This document shows positions 39,216 through 51,713 of a stretch of DNA of 64,000 nucleotides, piece after piece (the stretch's first letter is position 1; the number at the start of each line of letters is the position of its first letter). The DNA lies in contig NC_086098.1 of NCBI RefSeq assembly GCF_963921235.1, forward strand, positions 4,216,001-4,280,000, in the 5' to 3' direction. The notes under the pieces are model-generated. The model was not told the origin of the DNA. It saw only the letters and a program-made list of their open reading frames with translations, and made no database searches. The stretch is from Mobula hypostoma (Eukaryota). The position numbers were made by a program, and so were the translations under genes.

Positions 39216-39500
39216 TGGGTGTCACGGTAGCCTAGCGGTCAGCACAATGGTATTATAGTCCCAGGTGTTCCAGAGCTCAGAGTTCAATTCCGGTGCCGTT
39301 CGGTAAGGAGTCTCTGTATGTCCTCCCCACAGAATGCATGGCTTTTCCCCAAGTTCCCTGGCTTCCTCCCGTAGTCCACAGACATACCAGGTCATTGTAA
39401 ATTGTCCCATGGTTAGGTTAGGGTTAATAGGGCTTGTTGGGGGTTACAGGATGGTGTGACTCGAGGGGCAGAAGGGACTTACTCTGAGCCGTAAATAGAT
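39216..39500 (+). mobile_element. tRNA-derived HE1/V-SINE-like SINE
   Basis: A box tagcctagcgg, B box agttcaattcc, V-domain-like core, CR1-type tail. Confidence 0.75.
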
Positions 39501-39945
39501 TAAAGATTCAAGTTTATTTGTCATGTGTACGTTGAAACATAGAGTGAAAAGTGTTGTGTGTGTTAACAACCAACACACCAAAGGTGTGCTGGGGTTAACC
39601 TGTAAGATACCAGCGTATGCCCAAAATATTCAGCAGAACCGAACAGAGCACAACAAGCAACAGCAACCCTACTGCTCCCTCCCTCCCTCCCTCCCACCCA
39701 CAGGATGCTGGAGGAACTCAGCAAGCCAGGCAGCATCTGTGGAGGGAATAAACAGTCAACATTTTGGGAAATGAAACGTTAACTCTATTTCCCTCCACAG
39801 CTGCTGCCTGACTTTAATTAGTTTAGAGTTACCATCGTTGCACAGGTCTTTCCGGCCCGACAAGCATGTGCTGCTCAAATACAAACGTGACTAATTAACC
39901 CACTAAGCTGTTCACTTTTGCAGTGAGGAAGGAAACTAGAGCTCA

Positions 39946-40290
39946 GACCATACGATGTAGGAGCAGAATTAGGCCATTTGGCCCATTGAGTCTGCTCCAT
40001 CATTTCATCATGGCTGATCCAACTGGCCTCTCAGCCCCGATCTCCCACCTTCTCCCTGTATCCCTTCATGCCCTGACCAATCAAGAACGTATCAACCTCT
40101 GCCTTAAATATACATAAAGACTTGGCTTCCACAGCTGCCTGTAGCAAAGAATTCCACAGACTCACCACTCTCTGGCTAAAGAAATTCCTCCACATCTCTG
40201 TTCTAAAAAGATGCCCCTCCATTCTGAGGCTGTGTCCTCTGGTAGACTCCCCCACCATTGGAGACATCCTCTCCACATCCACTCTATCTC
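39946..40290 (-). mobile_element. CR1 3' fragment
   Basis: RNFFSQRVVSLWNSL. Confidence 0.85.
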
Positions 40291-40851
40291 CATTCGCTAG
40301 GTTTCAATGAGCATCTGGAGGAAACCCACATGGTCACAAAAGGAATGTATAAACGTCTCACAGAGAGCTACGAGTCACTGGCACTGGAATTGCACTGCGC
40401 TAAACACTACACTACCATGCTGTCCCAATTTCCTCAGGCATTTTGTGTGTTGCTCAAAATATCCAGCATCTGCAGAATCCCCTGTGCATCTTATAAGGGC
40501 AGACTGCTATACAGCTGAAATAGTCTTTTATGACCCTATCCATTTGTAAAGAAACAAGGATGCGTACTGGAACTTTCAATACGCAATTGCTAGTATGTTA
40601 TATAACAATTACGTTATGTTGAAATGGTATTGACTCCCGTGTTTTCTTTTTCAGAATTGGATAAAAACTGTGAATTGCACCTGTGAGGTGAAAGGAAATG
40701 GCAAGATGCTGGGACAGTGTTGGTCACCGATACCTGCAGCCCCACTTCCAGCACCAACAACTTACTAACCCTAACCTCACATCTTTGGAAATTCGGTGGA
40801 AACCGGGGCACCCCGAGGAAACCCACACAGACACAGGGAGAACTTACAAAC

Positions 40852-42575
40852 TCAAGTTGAAGTTCATTTCCATTCAACTGCATACCGCCAAAGGAAACAA
40901 TGTTCCTCTGGATAAAAGTGCACAACACACACAACAAATAAAGTAATATTTCCACAATTAAATGCATTAATGACCCAAGTCAAAAGGAAGACAGTATAAG
41001 CCATGAACATTTTATACATAATGAGACCTGGATGTCAGCAGGGAGTTCAGTAGTCTCATGGCCTGGGGGAAGAAGCTGTTTCTCACCCTAACCCTTCTTG
41101 TGCTAATACTAAGGTACTTTCTGCTTGATGGTGAGGGGTCAAAGATTGTTGGATGGATTGGGAGGGATCATTGACAATGCCAAGGGCCCTGCAGTAGTCC
41201 AGATAAATATCTCAGATGGGTGGAGGAGAGTCCCTGATGATCCTCTCACTGGTGCTCACAATCATTTGTAAGCACTTGTGGTCGGATGCCTTGCAATTCC
41301 TGTACCAGACGGTGACTCTCCCGATGGTGCTGTTGTAAAAAACTGGTGTTAACGCGCTGTAACAGTTTCTCTGTAGCAGCAATGTTTGGGTTATGGCTGG
41401 AGATAACAGGATTACAGTTATGCATATTAGCCAATCGGAGATTGTTGCTTTGTCTTGTGTATCTGGAAGTATGTGTCTGATATGAGTTCCGAGCATGTCT
41501 AGCAAGGTCCAATTAACCCTCTCAGGCTGGGGATCCTGGAGATCAGCAAGAAGAGCAGGTGGAGTCAACATATTGGGCATCTGGTTCACGGTTACAACTG
41601 TACTCGAAATGAAGCTACTGGGTACTCGCCATATTATCTGATGTTTGGGCGCGAGGTGAGGTTGCTCATTGACCTTTGTTTTGGGACTGACGAGGGTGAC
41701 TTACCACCGAAGCCTTATCTGAAGTACTGGCCCGGGAGCCGGAACATTGATGCAGATGCTTTGTCCCGACAGGTGCATGAGGGACTGGACAGGGACGAGG
41801 AGTGGGAGAGCGTTCCTGCCCCGGGGGTGAAGGCCATGTGTCAGTTTGCTATCACCGTGAAGGCAGAGGAAAAGGAGGGGCAGGATCGAGTGGTGGATCA
41901 ACTGGGGGCTTCTGATGAAGCCATACCCCAAGCTTACTGTAACCTGACTGCTCTGAAGACAAATCAGCTGCTGGAATTGAGTCCTGGGGAAGTGGCAGCC
42001 GCTCAGCGAGATGATCTGGGCATTGGCACTATTTGGTCCGTGGTTGAAAAGGGGGACATGGCTCATATGGAGAAGATGAAACACGCTTCGGTGCCTCCAT
42101 TACTGCCAGAATGGCCTTGGTTGGATTTGAAGAACCAGATCTTATACCGGGTCACGTCACCCCCAGACCGACCTCGGCGTTGCCAGCTGGTTCAGCCCAG
42201 AGTATCGGAGGATTGCATTGAGGTTACTTCATGATGATTCTGGACACTTAGAGGTGGAAAAGACCTTTGGATTCCTCAGAGACCGGTTTTACTGGCCCCG
42301 AATGAAGTCAGAGGTTGAAGAATACTTCAAGTCGTGCATCGCTGCGTACGGCACAAGACCCTGCCTACGTGGGCAGCTCCTTTGTCCCACTTGCAGAGTG
42401 CAGGGCCCCCGGACCTGGTGTGTATGGATTTCCTGTCCACAGAACCAGATGCCAGCAACAGGAGCCGGGCGAGCCTGAGGGTTACACTGGTTAGAATGGG
42501 GGAGGGGGGACCTCATTTGTCTCTGTAGCCTCAGGAAGTGCAGACGCTGCTGTGCTTTCTTGACCAAAGAGGTGC
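40852..42575 (-). mobile_element. Rex1/Babar 3' fragment interrupted by a Gypsy insertion
   Basis: KKAQQRLHFLR (~42540) continues as FYNSTI...VWYRNC (~41300). Confidence 0.8.
41347..42486 (+). mobile_element. Heavily deleted and rearranged Gypsy LTR element
   Basis: TGTT...TACA termini with CTGG TSD (41343-41346/42487-42490); SPYYLMFGREVRLLIDL, NIDADALSR, HDDSGHL...RFYWPRM...C, LVCMDF. Confidence 0.88.
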
Positions 42576-43889
42576 TAAAGAGGAATTTCTTGCAGACAGC
42601 AGTGTAAATTGAACCCTGACCACTGGTGTGGTAAAGCGTTATGCTGTCCACCAAGCTATCATGCCACCCCACAACTTTTCACTGTTTTAAATACACATGA
42701 CAGTAATTAATTAATATTAATAGCTTTTCAGAACAATACATTTTTGTCATTTTGACTTTGTCTATTAATTCTTGCATCATTTCCCCTCACCCTAACAACT
42801 TTTACCAAGGCTGAAAATGGCTGTGATTATTTCAACAAAACTCCAATATTAATGTTGCCCAAGTGCAACGATATCCTTTCAAACATCTTTCATTGCAAGG
42901 AGCAGCCGTTTGAGAATCACACGGTCCAGATTAGACAGGCCCCAATTCATGACACCCCAGAACAGCACTCAAGCTGTGCCAGGAGCACGTGTAATTTAGC
43001 CGACCTTGCCGGATTCGCCAAGGTCAACTCCCCACTTCAATTCCACGAATGCATTTGCATATGCAGTAATCCCAAAGCCATTTTCCAAGGGGCTGTGGAA
43101 TCATTCCCTCCTGTCCTAACCTAATCTGCTTTCTGATTTCAGAATATTACTGCCCGTTGGGTAAAAGATAATTGAATCAGAATCAGAATCAGGTTTAATA
43201 TCACTGACATATTGTTGTTGTGAAACTTATTGTTTTGTGGCAGCAGTACAACGCAATATATAATAATAAAAACTGTCAATTACTGTAAGCAGTGTAAATG
43301 ATAAGTAGAGCAAAAAGAGAAAAAAAAAGTCGGGAGGTCACGTTCATGGGTTCAAAGTCCATTCAGAAATCTGATGGCAGAGGGGAGGAAGCTGTTCCTG
43401 AATCATTGAGTGTGTGCCTTCAGGCTTCTGTACCTCCTTCCTGATTGCCCAAGCTTAGTAGAATTATGTGTGACTGTCATTTATTTAAAATTTATTGTAA
43501 GTGATCATGTTTCTTTCTAATAATTTAGCATGCATGAACAGAATTGGCTGAATAATATTCAATTAAACTAAATGGGAAACATCAAATGAAACTTCTATGG
43601 TTGTTAGTGACATTCAGGTCACCTGTTTTCAATGTATGGGGAATAAAAATTATGACTGGCCAGAGGTTACACATAGAACGTCACCAGTAGAACCCGGGTG
43701 CTCCATTTTCCTCCCACATTCAAAGGCTGTGTGGGCTAGGTTCAGAGAGTTCTGGGCATGGTATGTTGGCGTCAGGAGCATGGCGACACTTGTAGGCTGC
43801 CCAAAGCAGTCCTCGCTGATCTGAAATGATGCATTTCATTGCATACATATGACAAATAAAGCTAATCTTTATAAAACTAGATAAGACAA

Positions 43890-44247
43890 AGAGCATATCT
43901 CCATGAAACACTGTCGCAGGAAAGCCGCATCCATCATCAGAGACCCTCACCACCCAGGTCATGTTTTCTGCTCGCTGCTGCCATCGGATAGAAGGTACAA
44001 GAGCCTCAGGTCTCACACCACCAGGTTCAAGAACAGTTTCCTCCCTCAACCATCAGGCTCTTGAACAAAAGGGGATAACTCCACTCACTTTGTATCATCA
44101 CTGAAATTTTCCCACAACCAATGACTTCATTTTAAGGTCTCTTTACCTTGTTATTTTGTGCTTTTGTTATTTATTGCTATTTATTTGTATTTGCATTTGC
44201 ACAGTTTGTTGTCTCTGCACTCTGGTTGATCTTTCACTGATCCTGTT
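43890..44247 (+). mobile_element. Rex1 3' fragment (resumes at ~48139-48280 after the CR1 insertion)
   Basis: aaagccgcatccatcatcagagaccctcaccacccagg...accaccaggttcaagaacagtt. Confidence 0.78.
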
Positions 44248-47200
44248 ATAGAAACCATAGAAACCATAGAAACTACAGCACAGAAACAGGCCTTTTGGCC
44301 CTTCTTGGCTGTGCCGAACCATTTTCTGCCTAGTCCCACTGACCTGCACACGGACCATATCCCTCCATACACCTCCCATCCATGTATCTGTCCAATTTAT
44401 TCTTAAATGTTAAAAAAGAACCCTCATTTACCACCTCGTCTGGCAGCTCATTCCATACTCCCACCACTCTCTGTGTGAAGAAGCCCCCCCTAATGTTCCC
44501 TTTCAACTTTTCCCCTCTCACCCTTAACCCATGTCCTCTGGGTTTTTGCTCCCCTTGCCTCAGTGGAAAAAGCCTGCTTGCATTCACTCTATCTATACCC
44601 ATCATAATTTTATATACCTCTATCAAATCTCCCCTCATTCTTCTACGCTCCAGGGAATAAAGTCCTAACCTATTCGACCTTTCTCTGTAACTGAGTTTCT
44701 CAAGTCCCGGCAACATCCTTGTAAACCTTCTCTGCACTCTTTCAACCTTATTTATATCCTTCCTGTAATTTGGTGACCAAAACTGAACACAATACTCCAG
44801 ATTCGGCCTCACCAATGCCTTATACAACCTCATCATAACATTCCAGCTCTTATACTCAATACTTTGATTAATAAAGGCCAATGTACCAAAAGCTCTCTTT
44901 ATGACCCTGTCTACCTGTGACGCCACTTTTAGGGAATTTTGTATCTGTATTCCCAGATCCCTCTGTTCTACTGCACTCCTCAGTGCCTTACCATTAACCC
45001 TGTATGTTCTACCTTGGTTTGTCCTTCCAACGTGCAATACCTCACACTTGTCTGCATTAAACTCCATCTGCCATTTTTCAGCCCATTTTTCCAGCTGGTC
45101 CAAGTCCCTCTGCAGGCTCTGAAAACGTTCCTCGCTGTCTACTACACCTCCAATCTTTGTATCATCAGCAAATTTGCTGATCCAATACCACATTATCATC
45201 CAGATCATTGATATAGATGACAAATAACAATGGACCCAGCACTGATCCCTGTGGCACACCACTAGTCACAGGCCTCCACTCGGAGAAGCAATTCTCTACT
45301 ACCACTCTTTGGCTTCTTCCATTGAGCCAATGTCTAATCCAATTTACCACCTCTCCATGTATACCTAGCGACTAAATTTTCCTAACTAACCTCCCATGCG
45401 GGACCTTGTCAAAGGCCTTTCTGAAGTCCATGTAGACAATATCCACTGCCTTCCCTTCATCCACTTTCCTGGTAACCTCCTCGAAAAACTCCAATAGATT
45501 GGTCAAACATGACCTGCCACGCACAAAGCCATGTTGACTCTCCCTAATAAGTCCCTGTCTATCCAAATGCTTGTAGATTCTGTCTCTTAGTACTCCCTCC
45601 AATAACTTACCTACTACCGACGTTAAACTTACTGGCCTATAATTTCCCGGATTACTTTTCGATCCTTTTTTAAACAACGGAACAACATGAGCCACTCTCC
45701 AATCCTCCGGCACCTCACCTGTAGACAGCGACATTTTAAATATTTCTGCCAGGGCCCCTGCAATTTCAACACTAGTCTCCTTCAAGGTCCGAGGTAACAC
45801 CCTGTCAGGTCCCGGGGATTTATCCACTTCAATTTTCCTCAAGACAGCAAGCACCTCCGCCTTTTCAATCTGTACAGTTTCCATGATCTCACTACTTGTT
45901 TCCCCTAATTCCATAGACTCATGCCAGTTTCCTTAGTAAATACAGACGCAAAAAACCTATTTAAGATCTCCCCCATTTCCTTTGGTTCCGCACATAGCCG
46001 ACCACTCTGATCTTCAAGAGGACCAATTTTATCCCTTACAATCCTTTTGCTCTTAATATACTCGTAAAAGCTCTTTGGATTATCCTTCACTTTTACTGCC
46101 AATGCAACCTCATGTCTTCTTTTAGCCCTCCTGATTTCTTTCTTAGGTATTTTCTTGCACTGCTTATACTCCTCAAGCACCTTATTTACTCCCTGCTTCC
46201 TATACATGTCATACAACTCCCTCTTCTTCTTTATCAGAGTTGCAATGTCCCTTGAGAACCAAGGTTCCTTATTCCTATTCACTTTGCCTTTAATCCTGAC
46301 AGGAACATACAAATTCTGTACTCTCAAAATTTCTCCTTTGAAGGCTTCCCACCTACCGATCACATCCTTGCCAGAGAACAACCTGTCCCAATCCCTGCTT
46401 TTTAGATCCTTTCTCATTTCTTCAAATTTGGCCTTCTTCCAGTTAAGAACCTCAACCCTAGGACCAGATCTATCCTTGTCCATGATCAAGTTGAAACTAA
46501 TGGTGTTATGATCACTGGAACCAAAGTGCTCCCCTACACAGACTTCCGTCACTTGTTCTAATTCGTTTCCTAACAGGAGATCCAATATTGCATCCCCTCT
46601 AGTTGGTCCCTCTATATATTGATTTAGAAAACTTTCCTGAACACATTTTACAAACTCTAGACCATCTCGACCCCTAACAGTATGAGAGTCCCAATCAATA
46701 TATGGAAAATTAAAATCCCCTACCACCACAACTTTATGTTTCCTGCAGTTGCTTGCTATTTCCCTGCAGATTTGCTCTTCCAATTCTCCTTGACTATTGG
46801 GTGGTCTGTAATACAATCCCACTGATGTGGCCATACCTTTCCTGTTTCTCAGCTCCACCCATAAGGACTCAGTAGACAAGCCCTCTAATCTGTCCTGCCT
46901 GAGCACTGCTGTAATATTTTCCCTAACAAGCAATGCTACTCCCCCACCTTTCATTCCTCTGCCTCGATCACTTCTGAAACATCGGAACCCTGGAATATTA
47001 AGCTGCCAGTCCTGCCCCTCCTGTAGCCAAGTTTCACTAATTGCTATAACGTCATAATTCCACGTGTCAATCCACACCCTCAACTCATCTGCCTTCCCCA
47101 CAATACTCCTAGCATTGAAATATATACACCTCAGAAGATTTTTACCACCACTCACAACCTTTCTATTAGCGGATTTGCTTGAACTTTTAACATCATTTAT

Positions 47201-48138
47201 TTTCACCCCAGCCAGACTGTCAGCTCTGGCACTCGTTCCCAGCCCCCGGCAAATCTAGTTTAAAGCCTCCCCAATAGCACTAACAAACCTCTCTGAAAGG
47301 ATATTGGTCCCCCTGTAGTTCAAGTGTAACCCGTCTCTCTTGTACAGGTCCGACCTGCCCCAGAAGAGGTCCCAATTATCCTGAAATCTGAAACCCTGCC
47401 CCTACACCAGTTCCTCAGCCACTTGTTCATCCTCCAGAGCATCCTATTCTTACCCTCACTGGCACGTAGCACAGGTAGCAATCCTGAGATTACCACCCTC
47501 AAGGTCCTGCTTTTCAACTTCCTACCAAGCTCTCTATACTCACTCTCCAGGACCTCCTCACTCTTCCTTGCTATGTCATTGGTACCGATGTGCACCACGA
47601 CATCTGGCTGGTCACCCTCCCACTTCAGAATGTCATGCAATCGATCAGAGACATCCTTGACCTTGGCACCCAGGAGGCAACAAACCATCCTGGATTCTCT
47701 GTCACGACCACAGAACCTCCTACCTGCACCTCTAACTATCGAGTCCCCTATCACTACCGCTCTCCTCTTTCTCCCCCCTCCCTTCTGCACTGCAGAGCCA
47801 GACTCAGTGCCAGAGATCCGGCTCCTGCAGCTAGTCCCAGGTAAGTCATCCCCCCCAACAGTATCCAATGCGGTATACTTGTTGTTGAGGGGAATGGCCA
47901 CAGGGGAACCCTGCTCTGCCTGCCCTTTCCTCTTCCCTCGCCTGACAGTGACCCAATTTCCTGTCCTCTGCTCCTTTGGCGTAAGCCTCCAACGATAGCC
48001 GCTACAACGATGGCCGCTGTATATGGTGGTCTGCTTTTAAACCTTGGCGCGCTACGTCACGCGCCTGCGCAGTGCAGACCCTTCTCCCCGAGCAGTGTTT
48101 AAAAAAAAGACTTTTTTCTACTCGATTACTTCCACTCG
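44248..48138 (-). mobile_element. Young near full-length CR1 LINE (5' UTR, partial ORF1 esterase, ORF2 broken by about three frameshifts)
   Basis: ORF 47320-47901 (GDSIVRG, HIGTND), 45905-47206 (433-aa APE: YFNARSI, SETWL, GDFN, SDHN), 45372-45914, 45165-45350, 44330-45262 (KFADDTK); (TTTCTATGG)n tail; short tatag duplication at both junctions. Confidence 0.96.
47985..48138 (-). promoter_or_regulatory. CpG-rich CR1 5' UTR, putative internal promoter
   Basis: TGCGCAGGCGCG (NRF1-like), TGACGTAG (CRE-like), TTTAAAA and CGGCCATC (YY1-like), clustered. Confidence 0.45.
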
Positions 48139-48544
48139 CTTCTTCAGCTGCTTGCTACTATAGTTACTACTCTATAGATTTGCTGTATATGGCCCCTGGG
48201 GAATAAATCTCGGAGTTGTAGATGGTGTGCTCTGATGATAAAACTTGCTTTGAACTTCAAATTTTTTGAACTTTGAAGAGACTGCAATGATTTGGACACA
48301 TCAGATGAAGTCACTTTGCCAGGAGGATAAAGAAATTTGACATGGCCCCATTGACCTTACCAGAGGAAACACTGAGGCCCTGCACCTTGTTGTCTACTTG
48401 CACTGTACTTTTTCCATAAATCTTTTCTCTGCATCTTGTTATTGTTTTGCCTTAGTTCACTGTTGTAATGAGTTGATCTGTATTGGACAGTAAGCAAAAC
48501 AATACTTTCACTGTAGCTTAGTAAAAGCTGACCAATTTACCAAA

Positions 48545-48832
48545 GACAAGCTGTACTTGTCACAGGTACATCGAAGCAGACAGTGAAATGCGTCTCTTGT
48601 GTCAAATCAAATCAGTGAAGACTGTGCTGGGTTCCCCAGATTTCTGGCGCCAATGTAGCATGCCCACAACTTGGTAACCTCAACTCATATCTGTTGAATG
48701 TAGGAGGAGCACCCAGGGGATCCCATGGTCATGGGGGAAACGTACAATCTACTTACTGGCAGTGGCAGAAATTGAACCCTGATCTCACAGCTGTCACTGC
48801 AAGTGCACAATGCGAAGCACTGCACTACCATG
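48545..48832 (-). mobile_element. tRNA-derived SINE with Rex1-type tail
   Basis: gggttcaatttc B box, tgtacgtttccccc core, gcatttcactgt...gtgacaagta tail. Confidence 0.55.
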
Positions 48833-48934
48833 TCATCGCAGTCATTAAGCTCGTTCTAAACTCCGAAAGAAAATCCAACCTCATCACAAGTTCAAAGGCA
48901 GCAGCCAAACGTACTGAATGAAAGAATGGCTCAC

Positions 48935-49033
48935 CTGGATCAGGTAGTGAGAACAGAGTTTCAGAAGCTCCAGTAACTGAAGGTGGCTTCCTGCTGCAAG
49001 CACGTCCTGGACTACACCTGGCTCCAGTATGAT
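48935..49033 (-). CDS. KLHL32: Kelch-like protein 32, internal coding exon (end of BTB domain; 99 nt, phase 0/0)
   Basis: Translates IILEPGVVQDVLAAGSHLQLLELLKLCSHYLIQ, near-identical to vertebrate KLHL32 as I recall it. Acceptor tttcAG (49034-49035), donor CAG|GTGAG (48933-48934). Confidence 0.93.
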
Positions 49034-49213
49034 CTGAAATTGAACAGGTACAGCTCTGCTGTTTAAATGAGGAATTACAGGAAGCCATGTGGCCTGTTGA
49101 ATGCACATCAGCTTAACAGAGAAGCAACCCGCTACTCTCACTTCCCAGGCCCTTTTTCCTGCAAATTTTTTCCCTTCAGATATTTATCCAGCTCCATTTT
49201 GAGCACTAACATT

Positions 49214-50600
49214 CATAGTTCCCTCTAAGCTGTGCGCGTGCGCACACGTTTTTCAACCAGCGCACCAAAGAAATTAATGTGCGCACAAAAAGTAGTTACC
49301 TAAAATAATGCAGTAATTAATAATTATACTTATTGAAAATAACCTTTTAGCTAACTGTTTCTGTTAACTAGTTAGTCGGTTTTTCAAATACCTCAATGCA
49401 CGTCACTAATTTACGTCACCTCACCTATCCTGTTCCGGTTTGTACAGCTGCATCACGGCGGCAGCTATGGTTGGCGGACAGTGTTCATATCGTAAAGTTT
49501 TCAAAGATCTGTGTCAAATCCTGTAAATAGCTTACTAAGTTTTTATTGGAAAAACATACTGATTCACTATGTCGAATCCAAAAGAAGCGGAGGGTGTGAA
49601 GTGCAAAAGAACTGCAAATTTGTTTATGTTGAATGGCTTAACAAAATAGTAGAAACTGCTACACCGAAAGCTCATGAGGTCATGAATGTTCATCTACGAG
49701 AAATATTTATGTATGATTTGGAAACTGGAGTTATCTGTTTGTATTGTCGTGATGCGAAAGTTGCTGGAGAACTTGCTAGTGGAAAGAAGTGGGATGATGT
49801 TTGGAAACTTGACTTTTTGAAGCGTCATTTGGCAAGTAAATCACATTTGGACAATGTACAAAAGCTCAGGCAACAGAACCAGTCATTACCCGTTACAGGA
49901 GTGCTACGCATGTTACGGTTGAGGGCAGATGAGCGAGAGCGAAAACGATCAAACCCAGAGGAGATCAAAGTTGAGGTTACAAGAATGGTCAGTTTTTGAT
50001 TTCTCCGCAATTGCAGATTGTGACTTCACATTTGGTGATGAACAAATTAATGCCTTGTGTCTAAAATATCATGATTTTCTAGCTGAAAATATTGTAATAG
50101 TTAGACAGTTGAATGATTTCAAATTTTCCTTGCAAGAAAAAATTAAATCCAAACTGATTTCAAACTTTGCTCAAATGGTGGCATTTGTACTTCACAATGA
50201 ACAGTTTTGTGACCTTGCACAGTTGATGGACATTGGGGGAACCTTTCTTGCGTCTAGTGCGGACTGTGAGCGAGGTTTTAGCCTAATGAATCAACTCAAA
50301 AACAAGCCGAGAAACCGTTTAGGTGAATGTCATTTGGATCTGTTACTGAGAATCAAAAGCTATCAATTGGATGGAAGTTCTATTAGTCTAGATAGATAAA
50401 TGCCAAAGACAGGGGAGAGAGAAAATAACTGTGACTTAAGTATGTATGTTATTTTGTTGTTATTCTGTGCAGTTTTATGTCAAATATTTTGTAAACCTAC
50501 ATAAACTGTGCCATGTGTGCATTCAGTGTCACAGGAAAAAAGATTTGCACAAAATAATATTTTTGTGCACACTGACCACTAAAAATTAGAGGGAACATTA
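49214..50600 (+). mobile_element. Internally deleted hAT DNA transposon
   Basis: Perfect 8-bp TSD CTAACATT (49206-49213/50601-50608); TIR core GTTCCCTCTAA; Zn-finger CLYC...LKRHLASKSH; hATC dimerization motif FLASSADCERGFSLMNQLK...RNRL. Confidence 0.95.
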
Positions 50601-50649
50601 CTAACATTGTATCTACTGCTGAGAGTGCCTTCTTGACCCTAACTGCTTT

Positions 50650-51118
50650 TCCTCAGGTGACAGGCAGCAGTGGAGGCCAAGTCATTGGGTGTACTTAAGG
50701 CAGCGGTTCTTGATTAGACAGGGCATGAAGGACATGGGGAGAAGGCTGGAGACTGGGGCTGAGAGGAAAAATGGATGAGTCGTGGTGAAATGGCAGAGCA
50801 GACCAAATGGCCCAATTCTGCTCCTTTATATTATGGTCTCAAAGACACAGTAACGTAGTGGTTAGCACAACGCTTACAGTACCAGCGACAAAGATTAAAT
50901 CCCTGCCTTTGTCTGTAAGGAGTTTGTACATTCTCCCCATGACTGTGTAGGTTTCCTCCAGGTGCTCCAGTTTCCTTCAACAGTCCGATGATGTATCGGT
51001 TGGTAGCTTAAGTGGTTATTATAAAATGTTCTGTGATTAGGTGAGATTGGGATTGCTGGGCAGTGGAGCTCGAAAGACCAGAAGGGCCTGTTCCATGCTA
51101 TATCTCAATAAATAAATC
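50650..51118 (+). mobile_element. CR1 3' fragment (50650-50838) followed by an HE1/V-SINE-like SINE (50842-51118)
   Basis: gtggaggccaagtcattgggtg; gtttgtacattctcccc...ggtgctccagtttcc; atctcaataaataaa. Confidence 0.75.
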
Positions 51119-51713
51119 AACATAAACAAAAACACTTCATAATACTTTGAAATTCTTCATAGTTCCTAACTTGTTGAAGTAGTGAAATCATTTTATTTTC
51201 ACTCCAAGCTGTTTCTGGCATCTCCAAGGCTGAATACTTGAAACCACAGTTTTGAAAGGAAAGTAACTCTTAGGAGACCAGATGGGTCCTGACCTCAGCT
51301 GAAGCCACTGTCAGAGCGTTCAAAATCCCACCATGAGGGTAGTGGATAACTGTCCATGATTCGGGCTAAGACCCTTCAACCAGGATCAGAATCAGGTTTA
51401 TTGTCACTGACATATGTCATGAAATTTGTCGTTTTGCGACAGCAGCACTGAGCAATACATAAAATATACCATAAATTACAACAATAAAGATATCCACATA
51501 TAAAATTAAATAAGTAGTGCAAAAATGTGAGCAGAATGGTGAGGTAGAGTTCATGGGTCCATTGGCCATTCAGAAATCTGATGACGGAGAGGAAGAAGCT
51601 GTTCCTGAATCACTGAGTGTGTGCCTTCAGGCTCCTGTACCTCCTCCCAGATGGTAATAATGAGAGGAGGGCATGTCCCAGGAGGAGGGGGTGAAAAAAA
51701 AGGCTTACTTCTT

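Noticed and set aside
39216..39300. tRNA genes at SINE heads
   Set aside because: A/B boxes are degenerate, there is no cloverleaf, and they are followed by SINE core and tail.
45905..47206. 433-aa ORF as an intact autonomous element or host nuclease
   Set aside because: It is the CR1 APE domain; ORF2 is frameshifted downstream in this assembly.
49511..50399. Domesticated ZNF862-like host gene
   Set aside because: Bounded by TIRs and a TSD, frameshifted and missing the catalytic core.
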